Part shown: positions 1 to 8,988 of the stretch, in pieces
How the letters are laid out: each line of letters begins with the position of its first letter
How positions within the stretch are numbered: position 1 is the first letter of the stretch
NCBI GenBank assembly: GCA_039190745.1
Contig: JBCCXZ010000002.1
Coordinates: 1 to 64,000 of the forward strand
Length of the DNA stretch: 64,000 bases
Direction of reading: 5' to 3'
Source: Planctomycetota bacterium
GTDB taxonomy: Bacteria > Planctomycetota > Planctomycetia > Pirellulales > Lacipirellulaceae
The notes under the pieces: generated by a model
Database searches by the model: none
Told to the model about the DNA's origin: nothing
What the model saw: the letters and a program-made list of their open reading frames with translations, nothing else
Program-made: the position numbers and the translations under genes

Positions 1-843
1 GCCTTCTCTGGCAGCGTAGTGAACATCAGCGGCGGGGAGGTCGGCTTGTTGTTCGACGCCGAGTCGGGCAGCGAGGTGAACATCAGTGGCGGGACCGTCG
101 GCGATGGCTTCCAAGCCCTCTCCGGCAGCGTGGTCAACATCAGCGGCGGGGAGGTCGGCTTGCTGTTCGAAGCCGGGTCGGGCAGCGAGGTGAACATCAG
201 CGGCGGAACCGTGGGCGGCGTTGTCGACGCGCTCGCCGGCAGTGTGGTGAACATCAGCGGGGGAACCGTGGGTCCCGGGTTCGACGCCTTTTCGGGTAGC
301 GAGGTGAACATCCGCGGCGGTGAGGTCGGCGTGAACTTCAACGCCCTCTCGGGCAGCGAAGTGAACCTCAGCGGCGGGACCGTGGGCGACGACTTCGACG
401 CCTTCCCCGACAGCGAGGTGAACCTGTTCGGGACCGAGTTCTTCTTGGACGGCGTCTTGCTCGACTCGCTGGTGCTCGGCGAAGAATTCACCATCACCGA
501 CCGCGACGTCGACCTTACCGGCGTCTTGGCCGACGGGTCGGCGTTTAGCTTCGAGCTCAATCCGTTCCAAGTCATTGGGGTGACAGCAGACTCCTTCGCC
601 CCCGACGCCACGCTGACGGTGACGCTGGTAGAAGCCGGCGATTTCGACAGCGACGGCGACATCGACGTGGTAGACGCACTGCTCGGCCAGCGCCTCGGTC
701 AAGACCTCGGCCTGGCAAGCGGCTGGGCGAACAACTTTGGCGCGGGATCGGCTCCGTTGTCGGCGGTCGCGGCCGTGCCTGAGCCGACAGCCTGCTTGCT
801 AGCCCAACTTGGCATCTGGATGCTTTCGTGCCGCTGCCGGTGA
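1..843 (+). CDS. PEP-CTERM surface protein with 19-aa Gly-rich tandem repeats and dockerin-like segment (5' end outside window)
   Basis: Frame open from base 1 (AFSGSVVNISGG...). Seven NISGGxVGxxFxAxSGSxV repeats, a GDFDSDGDID motif, and a C-terminal VPEP + hydrophobic + basic tail. Confidence 0.85.
   Translation, partial: AFSGSVVNISGGEVGLLFDAESGSEVNISGGTVGDGFQALSGSVVNISGGEVGLLFEAGSGSEVNISGGTVGGVVDALAGSVVNISGGTVGPGFDAFSGSEVNIRGGEVGVNFNALSGSEVNLSGGTVGDDFDAFPDSEVNLFGTEFFLDGVLLDSLVLGEEFTITDRDVDLTGVLADGSAFSFELNPFQVIGVTADSFAPDATLTVTLVEAGDFDSDGDIDVVDALLGQRLGQDLGLASGWANNFGAGSAPLSAVAAVPEPTACLLAQLGIWMLSCRCR
22..420 (+). repeat. Seven in-frame 57-bp (19-aa) tandem repeats
   Basis: aacatcagc/aacatccgc/aacctcagc-type unit starts recur every 57 bp from 22 to 421. 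Units 1 and 3 are nearly identical. Confidence 0.9.
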
Positions 844-933
844 TCCGCCGCACCCAGAGCCATACTGAATCGGGCATCACATCGGAGAGTGCAGGATACA
901 TATGAATGGGCGGCGTAACCTTCAGCGGTTGCC

Positions 934-1020
934 CGGTGCCATTGCCATGCTTGCGTGGCAATGGCTGTGGAGCGCGGGCTCATGCGTCTGCATGCCCACG
1001 CGAGCGTGGGCATGGCACCG
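934..1020. repeat. Inverted pair of REP-like palindromes (REPIN/BIME-like) between convergent genes
   Basis: 934-963 cggtgccattgccatgcttgcgtggcaatg and 991-1020 catgcccacgcgagcgtgggcatggcaccg are imperfect reverse complements, and each forms its own hairpin. Confidence 0.75.
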
Positions 1021-1039
1021 AAGAACTGCTTCTCACCAG

Positions 1040-3346
1040 TCACTGATGGGTCGTTTTGCGCCGCAGCAGCCGGCCGGTGAGGGCGGCTAGGGCTGCGGCG
1101 ATGAGGAGGCCGGCGGCGGCGGGTTCGGGTACGGCGACCGCGGCTGACGATGCGCTGCCGGTGAAGGCGGATTGCCAGTCGGCGAGGTCGGCGGCGCCGG
1201 GACCGTTGGGGGAGCCGCCGCGTTGCCAGCGCATCAGGTCGGAGAGGTCGACGTCTCCGTCGCCGTCGAAGTCGCCGCTCGGGGCGGCGAGGATGGCGGC
1301 GGCCCAGTCGTTCAAAGAGCTGAAGCCGTCGGGGGTGACGCCGAGGCTGACCCAGTCGCCGCCGGTGAGCAGCGTCTCGCCCGGGGCGTACTGGCCCGTG
1401 CGTGGGTTGAACCAGCGGAGGACGAACTCGTCGCCGGGGAAGGCGGTGAGGTCGAGCTCCGGCGGGCCGTTCTGGCCGGCTTCGATTTCGCCGATGGTCT
1501 GGGGGTTGTCGTCGTTCGAGCCGTCCGGGAGGTAGACGGCGTAGGCCTCGCCCGGCTTGGCGAACACCTCGGCCCCGCCGTAGTCGGTGTCCTCGCCGCG
1601 GACGAGGTCGTCGTCGGGGGTCATCTCCCAGAAGGGGAAGCTGTCTTCGAGAAACTCGCGGGCGTAGCCGGTTTCGAGCCAGACCTGCTCGTACTCGCGG
1701 AAGTCTTCGACGTCTTGGTCGGCGTCGTTGATGAACCACTCGACGCCGCCGCCGGAGAGGAGGATGTCCCAGGCCATGGTTTTGCGGACGGTGTTGAAGC
1801 GTTCGGCGTCGGTCGTGCCCGGCTCGGTGTCGTCGTTCGGGCCGAGGCTGATGCGGGTGATGGACTCGGGCTCGTCGACCATCACGGCGAGCGGGCGGCC
1901 AACGCTGGCGGTAGCGGTTCGGAATGCTTCGACCGTGTCGGACCAACCCTCTTTCTGGCCGGCGCGTTGAAGGCTGGTGAGGTCGAAGTCGGGCTCGTCG
2001 ATGAAGTACTGGTAGGGGGAGTTGAGCGGGTTCGACGTGAAGTTGTTGTTGGCGGCGTTGTGCACCGTGAGGGGGCGGCCGTAGGGGTCGACGCCCGACA
2101 GGAACTCGGCGAAATCGACGATGCGGTCGGCCTCTTCCTGGATGTTGCCGCCGAAGCCGTTGCCGAGGTCGAACTCCTCGCTGAGGTTCCAGTTCAGCGA
2201 GTTGTGGTGGCCGAAGCGGGCGATCATCTCGCGGTAGAAGAGTTTGCGCTCAACGCCGAGCGTGCCGTCGTCGAGCTCCTGCTTGTTGGCGAACTCGGCC
2301 TCGTTGAGGACGACATTGAGGTGCAGGCCGCGTTCTTGGGCGTGGTCGAAGAAGGTCTCCCACTGCGCGAGCTTGCTGATGTCGTAGTGGAGGTTGTCGT
2401 TGGGCGTGCCGGAGTTGGTTTCGCCGGCGAGTTGGCTGGTGGTGCTGACGGCGGCGAAGGGGTGGGCGTCTTTACCGTCGCCGCCGACGTTGTTGACCAT
2501 GAAGTAGATGGAGTTGACGCCGACGGATTGCAGGTAGTTGGCGGCGCCGAGGATGTTGCGTCCGTCTCCGCCCTGGGCGAGGGTGTTGCCGTAGTCGAAG
2601 TCGGGGGTGTCCCAGGCGGGGTCGCCGGGCTGGTAGTCGCCGCTGTGAGGGGCGTAGTCGTGCAGGATGCCCTCGCGGCCGGGGAGCGAGTTGGGGCCGC
2701 CCTTGGTTTGGGTGTTGTCGAAGCCGCGGAAGGCGAGGAGGTTTTCGGGGCTGTCGGCGCCTGACTTGATGAAGTAACCGCCGTCGCGGTACTTGAGGTA
2801 ATGACCTCCGACGTACTCGAGCCGGCCTTGGGACTTGAAGCCGGGGGCGCCGAGGTCGAGATCGGCGACGGTGAAGGCGCCCGTGGCGGTGCCGGAGATG
2901 AAGCTGCCGCCGTTGACCGGTGTCCCCACCGTGTCGCCGATGGCGACGTTCACGCCGCTGTTGAATGCGGCGGAGTAGGTCCAGTCGCCGGGCTGGTCGG
3001 GGACGAAGCGGACGCGGAAGGTGTCGCCCGTGCCGTTGCCGGCCCCGTTGCCGTCGAAGAAGCCGGGGACGGTGTAGTTTGTGCCGCTGGCGGCGTGGCT
3101 GAAGGTGACTTCGAGCTCACGGTCGAGGAATGGGTTGGCCGTTGCGGTGGGGCCGCCGACCTGGTCGCGTCCGTCGAGTTCGGCGAAGACGGCGTCGGCT
3201 TGGAAGTCGACCTCAACAGTGTGCCACTTGGTGAGCTCGCCGCCGACGGTTCCTTGGGCGGCGGCGTGACGGCCGAATGCGGTTGAGAGTGCCAACAAGA
3301 AGTACGCAACGCGGGCGCAAACCTTGCGCCGGCTGGGGCGGGACAT
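1040..3346 (-). CDS. Secreted DUF5060 / glycoside-hydrolase-like TIM-barrel protein with dockerin-like segment and PEP-CTERM anchor
   Basis: Start refined to MSRPSRRK... (signal peptide). KWHTVEVDF...NPFLD...VPGFFDG...VRFVPD (DUF5060-like), GADSPENLL, WNLSEE, LRWFNPRTG, GDFDGDGDVD, and a VPEP...RRK tail. Confidence 0.8.
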   Translation of the reverse strand: MSRPSRRKVCARVAYFLLALSTAFGRHAAAQGTVGGELTKWHTVEVDFQADAVFAELDGRDQVGGPTATANPFLDRELEVTFSHAASGTNYTVPGFFDGNGAGNGTGDTFRVRFVPDQPGDWTYSAAFNSGVNVAIGDTVGTPVNGGSFISGTATGAFTVADLDLGAPGFKSQGRLEYVGGHYLKYRDGGYFIKSGADSPENLLAFRGFDNTQTKGGPNSLPGREGILHDYAPHSGDYQPGDPAWDTPDFDYGNTLAQGGDGRNILGAANYLQSVGVNSIYFMVNNVGGDGKDAHPFAAVSTTSQLAGETNSGTPNDNLHYDISKLAQWETFFDHAQERGLHLNVVLNEAEFANKQELDDGTLGVERKLFYREMIARFGHHNSLNWNLSEEFDLGNGFGGNIQEEADRIVDFAEFLSGVDPYGRPLTVHNAANNNFTSNPLNSPYQYFIDEPDFDLTSLQRAGQKEGWSDTVEAFRTATASVGRPLAVMVDEPESITRISLGPNDDTEPGTTDAERFNTVRKTMAWDILLSGGGVEWFINDADQDVEDFREYEQVWLETGYAREFLEDSFPFWEMTPDDDLVRGEDTDYGGAEVFAKPGEAYAVYLPDGSNDDNPQTIGEIEAGQNGPPELDLTAFPGDEFVLRWFNPRTGQYAPGETLLTGGDWVSLGVTPDGFSSLNDWAAAILAAPSGDFDGDGDVDLSDLMRWQRGGSPNGPGAADLADWQSAFTGSASSAAVAVPEPAAAGLLIAAALAALTGRLLRRKTTHQ

Positions 3347-3525
3347 GATGCTGTTCCTAAGGTGCGAGGCGACCGCGTCGGGGTGTCGGCCCGCCGAAAA
3401 GGTCCGACGCGGTACGTGCGGCTGCGTGATGCCCCTGTGCCCGTGATTGTGCCGTTGCCGCACGCCGTGGGAAGAGTTTTCTTCTTGGAAACCGCGTAAT
3501 TGCGGCTGCGTGCAAGCAGTGTCGG

Positions 3526-4548
3526 CTAGGCGAGGCTGTGCTCGAGGAGCGAATCGGAGGCGGCCCGGATGGCTTCGGCGGCGGGGCGGAACTGGATGCC
3601 GGTGAGTTCGGTAACGTAGCCGTTCTCTCCGTGCGGGATGGAGCCCAGGTCGGGGAGGACCGAGCCCAGCGAGCGGTCGAAGACGGCGATCAAGCGGATC
3701 ATGAAGTCGGGCAGCTCGCGGGTGCTGATCTTGCGTGCCCGGTCGGGGTAGGCTTCTTTGAGCGCCCGGCCGATGTCGGTCATGGTGACCGAGTCGGCGG
3801 CGGCGATCAGGCGGCGGCCGCCAGTTTGCTCGGCCTCCATCGCCCGCAGGTGCAGCTCGGCGACGTCGCGGACGTCGACCACTGGGAAGCCGACCGCGGG
3901 CCACGCGGGGTAGGCGCCGGTGAGCGACATCTTCACCACGTCGAGCGAGGTGCCGATCTTGTCGTCCAAGGCGGGGCCGAGAACCAGGCCGGGGTTGACG
4001 GTGGTGATGCGGTCTCGCCAGCCGTGGCTGTCGGCCCACTCCCAGAGCGATTGCTCGGCGCGCGTCTTCGAGACGACGTAGGCGTTCAGTCGCCGCCACT
4101 CGGGGTCGGTCCAGTCCGACTCGCCGACGGAGAACTCCGGCGGGCGGTTGGCCCGGTACATCATGGCGACCATCGAGGAGGTGACGACGACTTTTTGGAC
4201 GCCGGCGTCGCGGGCAGCGTTGAGCACCCGTAGTGTGCCCTCGCGGGCGGGCTGGACGAGTTCCTCACGGTCGCGCGGTTGGCGGATGGGGAAGGGCGAC
4301 GCGAGGTGCTGGACGAACTCGCAGCCGGCGACGGCTTCACCCCAGCCTTCGTCGTTGAGAAGGTCGGCGTGGGCGAAGGTGAGCCCGGCCGTGTCGGCGC
4401 CGTGGGCGGCGAGGGTGTTTCGGACTTCTGCTTCTCGGGATGCCGAGCGGACCGTGCCGTGGACGCGGTAGCCTTCTTGAAGCAGGCGGAGGGCAACGTG
4501 CTTGGCGATGAACCCGGAAACTCCGGTGACCAGTACTTTGGCTTTCAT
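3526..4548 (-). CDS. NAD(P)-dependent epimerase/dehydratase family aldehyde reductase (DFR/Gre2-like extended SDR)
   Basis: VLVTGVSGFIA Rossmann motif, HLASP, TSS, YVVSK (YxxxK), NPGLVLGP and VDVRDVA. Confidence 0.9.
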   Translation of the reverse strand: MKAKVLVTGVSGFIAKHVALRLLQEGYRVHGTVRSASREAEVRNTLAAHGADTAGLTFAHADLLNDEGWGEAVAGCEFVQHLASPFPIRQPRDREELVQPAREGTLRVLNAARDAGVQKVVVTSSMVAMMYRANRPPEFSVGESDWTDPEWRRLNAYVVSKTRAEQSLWEWADSHGWRDRITTVNPGLVLGPALDDKIGTSLDVVKMSLTGAYPAWPAVGFPVVDVRDVAELHLRAMEAEQTGGRRLIAAADSVTMTDIGRALKEAYPDRARKISTRELPDFMIRLIAVFDRSLGSVLPDLGSIPHGENGYVTELTGIQFRPAAEAIRAASDSLLEHSLA

Positions 4549-4609
4549 TGCGGCTCGATCGGTGTTGTTGGCACGGCGGGGTGATGCGTTTGTTCTAGCA
4601 AACCGCTAG

Positions 4610-5950
4610 TCATGAGGGGAAACACTTGCCGAAGCGGACGAGCCACTTCGGGGAGCCCTTCAGTTTGATCCGCAGCGTGAGCAGGGCCCAGGCGAGGCTG
4701 CGTTCGCGTGAGAGGAAGCCGACCCAGGCGTCGCTGTCGGCGGTGACGCGGAGGTTGGGTTGGCCGTGGCGGCCTTCCTCGACGTGGAGCTTCCGGTCGC
4801 GGATGGTGACGGTCGCCTCGCGCTGTTCGCTGCCGGTAAAGGTGAAGTGGTAGACGGCGTCGAGGCCCTTGGACTGCTTGGGCTGGAACTGCAGCGGCAT
4901 GTACTTCAAGAAATTGGCGACCGAGGTAGGGTGCAGGCTGCCGCGTACCGGTCGGATCGTTTTGTGCGGGAAGCGGCTGGCGACGTGCTCCTCGGCGTCG
5001 GAACCGGGGATGACGTAAACGGGCTCCTGCTTCTGTTGGAGCGGGCGGAGGTTTTCGTTCATGAAGGCGCTGCGGTCTTCGAGCCAGGGGGCGATGACTT
5101 CTTCGCCCGCGGGGCAGACGGCGAGGCAGTAGGCGGCCTTGTAGTTGGCGCCGAAGGAGAGGCTCTGCCAGACCGAAGCGCTCTCGGCGTCGGAAAACCG
5201 ACGGCGGTAGTCGTTGCGGCTCTTGCTCTCAGCGACCTGCTCGGCCCAGTCGCTGAAGCCGCCCATGAACTCGCGGTAGTTGTGCGTGTAGCAGGCGTTG
5301 AAGTTAAAGTGACCGTTGGGTTCAATCGCCCCGACCGGGCAGGCGGCGACGCAGAGCTTGCACTCTAGGCAGGGGTTGTAGTCGATCGGCTGGGCCTGTT
5401 CGTCGTCGGCGTCTTCGAATTCGTAGTCGAGCAGCACGGTCCCTAAGAGGATAAAGTTGCCGAACTTGGGGTGGATGACGTTGCGGTGGATGCCCATCTG
5501 GCCGAGGCCCGCGGCGACGGCGACCGGCTTGTGGGAGACGACCCAGATCTTGCCGGGGAACTGGTCCATCTCCATGGGAAAACCCATCGAGGGGTTGGCT
5601 GCGCGGAGTCCGCGGGACTCGAGGCTGCGGACCACTTCTCGGGCAACTTCGTTGACCTGGTCGCCCGTGTGGTGGAACTCGTTGTTCGCGAGCGAGCGGG
5701 CCGTGCTGCGGATGGGCTCACGGTTCATCCGGCAAACGAAGGAGAGGAGCGATTTGGTCCAGGGGGCGTGCTGCAGGATGTCTTCGCGTTGGTCGTCGAG
5801 CTCGGGGCGGTTGATGGAGACGACGCCGGCGTCGTCGGCTCCGCAGTCGAGGCAGAGCTGCTCGAGCTGCCCGGCGGTGATCGCCGGGCGGGGGCGGGGC
5901 GGGCGGGTGCGGACTAGCTGGACGGTGGGGTGCTGGTCGAGCTGGGACAT
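4610..5950 (-). CDS. QueG/reductive-dehalogenase-like Fe-S protein fused to a C-terminal SCP2 (sterol carrier) domain
   Basis: SHKPVAVAAGLGQMG...HPKFGNFILLGTVL, CLECKLCVAACP and YCLAVCP. The C-terminal YHFTFTG...ATVTIRD...KLKGS segment resembles SCP2. Start refined to MSQLDQHP. Confidence 0.8.
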   Translation of the reverse strand: MSQLDQHPTVQLVRTRPPRPRPAITAGQLEQLCLDCGADDAGVVSINRPELDDQREDILQHAPWTKSLLSFVCRMNREPIRSTARSLANNEFHHTGDQVNEVAREVVRSLESRGLRAANPSMGFPMEMDQFPGKIWVVSHKPVAVAAGLGQMGIHRNVIHPKFGNFILLGTVLLDYEFEDADDEQAQPIDYNPCLECKLCVAACPVGAIEPNGHFNFNACYTHNYREFMGGFSDWAEQVAESKSRNDYRRRFSDAESASVWQSLSFGANYKAAYCLAVCPAGEEVIAPWLEDRSAFMNENLRPLQQKQEPVYVIPGSDAEEHVASRFPHKTIRPVRGSLHPTSVANFLKYMPLQFQPKQSKGLDAVYHFTFTGSEQREATVTIRDRKLHVEEGRHGQPNLRVTADSDAWVGFLSRERSLAWALLTLRIKLKGSPKWLVRFGKCFPS

Positions 5951-5988
5951 GGCGTGGACGCTCGGCGTTGCTGGCGCTTGCTTGCGCT

Positions 5989-6029
5989 TGCTTGCGAATT
6001 GCAAGCATTTGGTTAGTTGCATTTTGCAA
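5989..6029. promoter_or_regulatory. Two TTGC-N5-GCAA palindromes, probable HxlR-family operator
   Basis: TGCTTGC-GAATT-GCAAGCA at 5989-6007 and TTGC-ATTTT-GCAA at 6017-6029, in the divergent intergenic gap. Confidence 0.65.
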
Positions 6030-6090
6030 GCTTTTGGCGTAGAGTCAATTGACCGATCAGAAAAAAACCCGTGTGCTCAGCGCCCAGCCG

Positions 6091-6429
6091 ATGAAGAATC
6101 GCCGCTCACCCTGCCCGATCGCGTGCACGCTCGACTTGCTGGGCGACCGGTGGACGCTGCTTGTGGTGCGAGACCTGCTCCTGGGACGGACGCAGTTCAA
6201 AGAGTTCGCCGCGTCGCCGGAGGGCATCGCGACAAACATTTTGTCCGACCGGCTCGCCCGCCTAGTGGACGCTGGGATCGCCGAGCACGCTCTCGACGGT
6301 TCGTCGCGGCGTGGCAGCTACCGGCTTACTCGGAAAGGCAAATCCCTAGGCCCTTTGGTCGAGCAGATTGCCGCCTGGGGGCTTAAGCACGTCGAGGGTA
6401 CGGAGATGAGAATGAAGGTGAAGGGCTGA
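6091..6429 (+). CDS. HxlR-family winged helix-turn-helix transcriptional regulator
   Basis: RSPCPIACTLDLLGDRWTLLVVRDL...GIATNILSDRL...YRLTRKG. ATG at 6091; an upstream TTG at 6049 is also possible. Confidence 0.92.
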   Translation: MKNRRSPCPIACTLDLLGDRWTLLVVRDLLLGRTQFKEFAASPEGIATNILSDRLARLVDAGIAEHALDGSSRRGSYRLTRKGKSLGPLVEQIAAWGLKHVEGTEMRMKVKG

Positions 6430-6740
6430 GCAGCAACCGGCTGGTTGTTCCCGGAGAGATCTGCTCGGCGGACTGTGCCAACAGGCTGCAGCTAGTCGTA
6501 AGAGGCGAATCAAAAACGACTTGCAACGATTCTGAGGCGATGGCTTTCGTCGGGACCTCGGCAAGCAGGCCGTTTGATGGCTCGCTCTCCTCAGGCAGGC
6601 CGGAGGCGGACCGTGTTAAAGCTCTGTGAATCTGATTGCATCTGCGCGCCAGATCGGTATCTTCGGCCATATTACGTGTACCCGCATTTGAGCCGATTGG
6701 CAGCTCGCTCCCTAGCTGTCCTAGCCGAAGAAGAAGCCTA

Positions 6741-7583
6741 ATGAGACAACACCTCAAGTCGGCCTCCCTTAAGGCCGCGGCAACTTTGTTGTTGCTCCCC
6801 GCCTCCGCTGCGATCGCAGCGCCTATTGTCTACACCTTTGAGACCGAAGACGACCTGACGACCCCGCTGTTGCACGGGCAGATCATCGACCAGGCTTTCG
6901 ATGCACCGGGCTTCTCTGAATTCGGCAACGTCTTCAACGTCAGTTCTACGCAGGACGGGACCGACGGACACCTCGGCGTCACGGTTTTCGACTCCGACTT
7001 GAGCGGCACGGCTGACCCGGACCTTGAGGTCGGCACGGGCAACATCCTGATCCTCCAGAACGACGATGACAGCGCTCGGACGGGCGACTTCTACGACACC
7101 CCGAACGACGAGCGTGACCGGGCCGACCGGGGCTCGATCGTCTTCGATTTCACGGAGACCGTCGCTCCGCTGTCGATCAACATCGTTGACGCCAACGGCG
7201 GCTTTGGCGCTTTGGTGACGATGACGGACACGGTCGGTCGGACCCGCGTCTACACGATCCCCGAGATGTGGAGCAACGAGGTGACCTCCGCCCCAAACGG
7301 GTTCGACACCCTGCTGCTGACCGACTTGGCCCCGCAAGACGGCGAGGGAGCCGGCGGAGACGCGACGGCCACCGAAGACCTCGGTTTCAACGAGGTGGCG
7401 GTGGTTCAGCTGTCGGTGTCGTTTGTTGGCGCGGCGGGTGTCGGCGGGAGCGGCAACGCGCTCTCGGGCGGCATCGACGACTTGGTGCTCGACGGCGTGG
7501 ACGGGCAGAACATCCCCGAGCCGGGGGCCGCGGTTCTGCTGCTCGGCTCGATTCTTGGGCTCGCCAGCCGCCGGCGGCGGTAA
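6741..7583 (+). CDS. PEP-CTERM sorting domain protein
   Basis: Signal peptide (…LLLLPASAAIA), acidic body, and IPEPGAAVLLLGSILGLASRRRR tail. Confidence 0.88.
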   Translation: MRQHLKSASLKAAATLLLLPASAAIAAPIVYTFETEDDLTTPLLHGQIIDQAFDAPGFSEFGNVFNVSSTQDGTDGHLGVTVFDSDLSGTADPDLEVGTGNILILQNDDDSARTGDFYDTPNDERDRADRGSIVFDFTETVAPLSINIVDANGGFGALVTMTDTVGRTRVYTIPEMWSNEVTSAPNGFDTLLLTDLAPQDGEGAGGDATATEDLGFNEVAVVQLSVSFVGAAGVGGSGNALSGGIDDLVLDGVDGQNIPEPGAAVLLLGSILGLASRRRR

Positions 7584-7614
7584 GCGACGAGTCGTTTGTC
7601 AGACAACTGCAATG

Positions 7615-7650
7615 AGACCCTTGCCTGAACGGGCGAGGGTCTTTTTTGTT
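7615..7650 (+). terminator. Rho-independent terminator
   Basis: agacccttgcc-loop-ggcgagggtct stem followed by a T-run, just after the PEP-CTERM gene. Confidence 0.75.
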
Positions 7651-7856
7651 AGGCGTCGTTAGGCACGAGGTCGGCTGCTCGCTGGCTGGCGGCTCTTTAC
7701 GTCGGCCTCGGCACAGGCACGAGTAGGAGATGGATTCCATTGGCGGCTCCGGAGTACGGTAACTAAGGTAAATCCCAAGGAAGACCCGGGTGCGAAACAC
7801 CGCGCCAAATCTGTTGCTTCTTTGTTGCCGCGCAATCGCAGTTGATGCCGTCCCCG

Positions 7857-8942
7857 ATGAGCCACTACTCCCACCATCAGGCCCGCCAGCAACGGAGGCG
7901 GCGCAAAGACACGGCGTGGGTCTTTGCATTAGTCCGGACGGCGGTGAGCATGACGTTGCTCGCCGCGGCGGCGATCTGGTTGGACGTGCCCGAGAAGCTG
8001 CGTGAGAAGACCGCGGCCTGGCGGGGAGAAACGGCTCCTCGGGCGGAAGAGGCACGTACGCCCGTGCAGAGCGTTCTGCCCCAAGCCTCTGCCGCTTCGG
8101 CGCCCGCCGGGAGTGAACAACCATCGAGGGCTCCTTCGGTTCCAGAACGACCGGTCGCCAGGCCCGCACCGGCGGTTGGAACAAGAAGCGATGCCCCAGG
8201 GGGCATTGAGCCGTCGAACCGTTCAACCGAGGTTGCCCCTGGGAGGGTTACTCGGGGTAATGGCAGCTGGCTGGTCCCGCTCTCTAGAGACACGACCCAG
8301 CGGGAAGCGGAGGAGCGGCAAGACCCGGAACGATACCAGCAGACGGTTGTGCTGGACCTCTCCAAGAAGTCGACGCTCATCACCGACGATGAGATCAAGG
8401 CGATCAACGCGGCGTCACCTGGGCCAACCGTTTTGAGGTTCTCCGGGGCGAGCGTGCCCCACGTGATCGAGCCGGCCGGCGGCCAGGTGGTCGCGGAGAA
8501 GCCGGTGGACGTGCTGCTACCCGATCACCCAAATGTACGCATTCGAGTAGAGCTGGAAAACGTGGGCGGGAGGCTGCGTGTGCGGGTGAGCCCGCAGATG
8601 ACTTTCTCCAAAGGCTCGGTGCTGCCCTTCATGAAGTCCCGCGTGAAGGCTTTGTCTTATAAGACACGCAAGAACGCCGCGGGCGTGGTGGACCGGGCGG
8701 TTGCGGCGAGGGACGAGCTCGAGCGCATCAAGGCGTGGCTGGCAACACCGGGCGTGAAGGTTCTTCAGACGCGGATCGAGGCACGGACGCGGGCCGGCGT
8801 GCTCGAGCGGCAGCTGCCCGAGCTCGAGGCGGCGGCAAAGAACGCGCAGGGGGACGTGGCCTTGCTGGAGTCGCTGGAATCGCTCGCCGATTCGCTGGAC
8901 CAGAGCGGCAAGCTGGTGCTTGCTTGGGAACTGGCACAATAG
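7857..8942 (+). CDS. Hypothetical membrane-anchored protein (basic N-terminus, one TM helix, Pro-rich linker, C-terminal coiled coil)
   Basis: Long ORF. RRRRK precedes a hydrophobic segment, and the C-terminus has a heptad pattern. No family recognised. Confidence 0.65.
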   Translation: MSHYSHHQARQQRRRRKDTAWVFALVRTAVSMTLLAAAAIWLDVPEKLREKTAAWRGETAPRAEEARTPVQSVLPQASAASAPAGSEQPSRAPSVPERPVARPAPAVGTRSDAPGGIEPSNRSTEVAPGRVTRGNGSWLVPLSRDTTQREAEERQDPERYQQTVVLDLSKKSTLITDDEIKAINAASPGPTVLRFSGASVPHVIEPAGGQVVAEKPVDVLLPDHPNVRIRVELENVGGRLRVRVSPQMTFSKGSVLPFMKSRVKALSYKTRKNAAGVVDRAVAARDELERIKAWLATPGVKVLQTRIEARTRAGVLERQLPELEAAAKNAQGDVALLESLESLADSLDQSGKLVLAWELAQ

Positions 8943-8949
8943 ACGCGGC

Positions 8950-8978
8950 TAAGCCCCCAGCGGCTCGCCGGGGGCTAA
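8950..8978. terminator. Hairpin between convergent genes (terminator or REP-like)
   Basis: agccccc...gggggct inverted repeat between the stops at 8942 and 8989. Confidence 0.45.
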
Positions 8979-8988
8979 ATGTTAATGG

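Noticed and set aside
3347..4099. N-terminal extension of the 1019-aa ORF
   Set aside because: Arg-rich off-frame read-through overlapping the reductase gene. The signal peptide begins at 3346.
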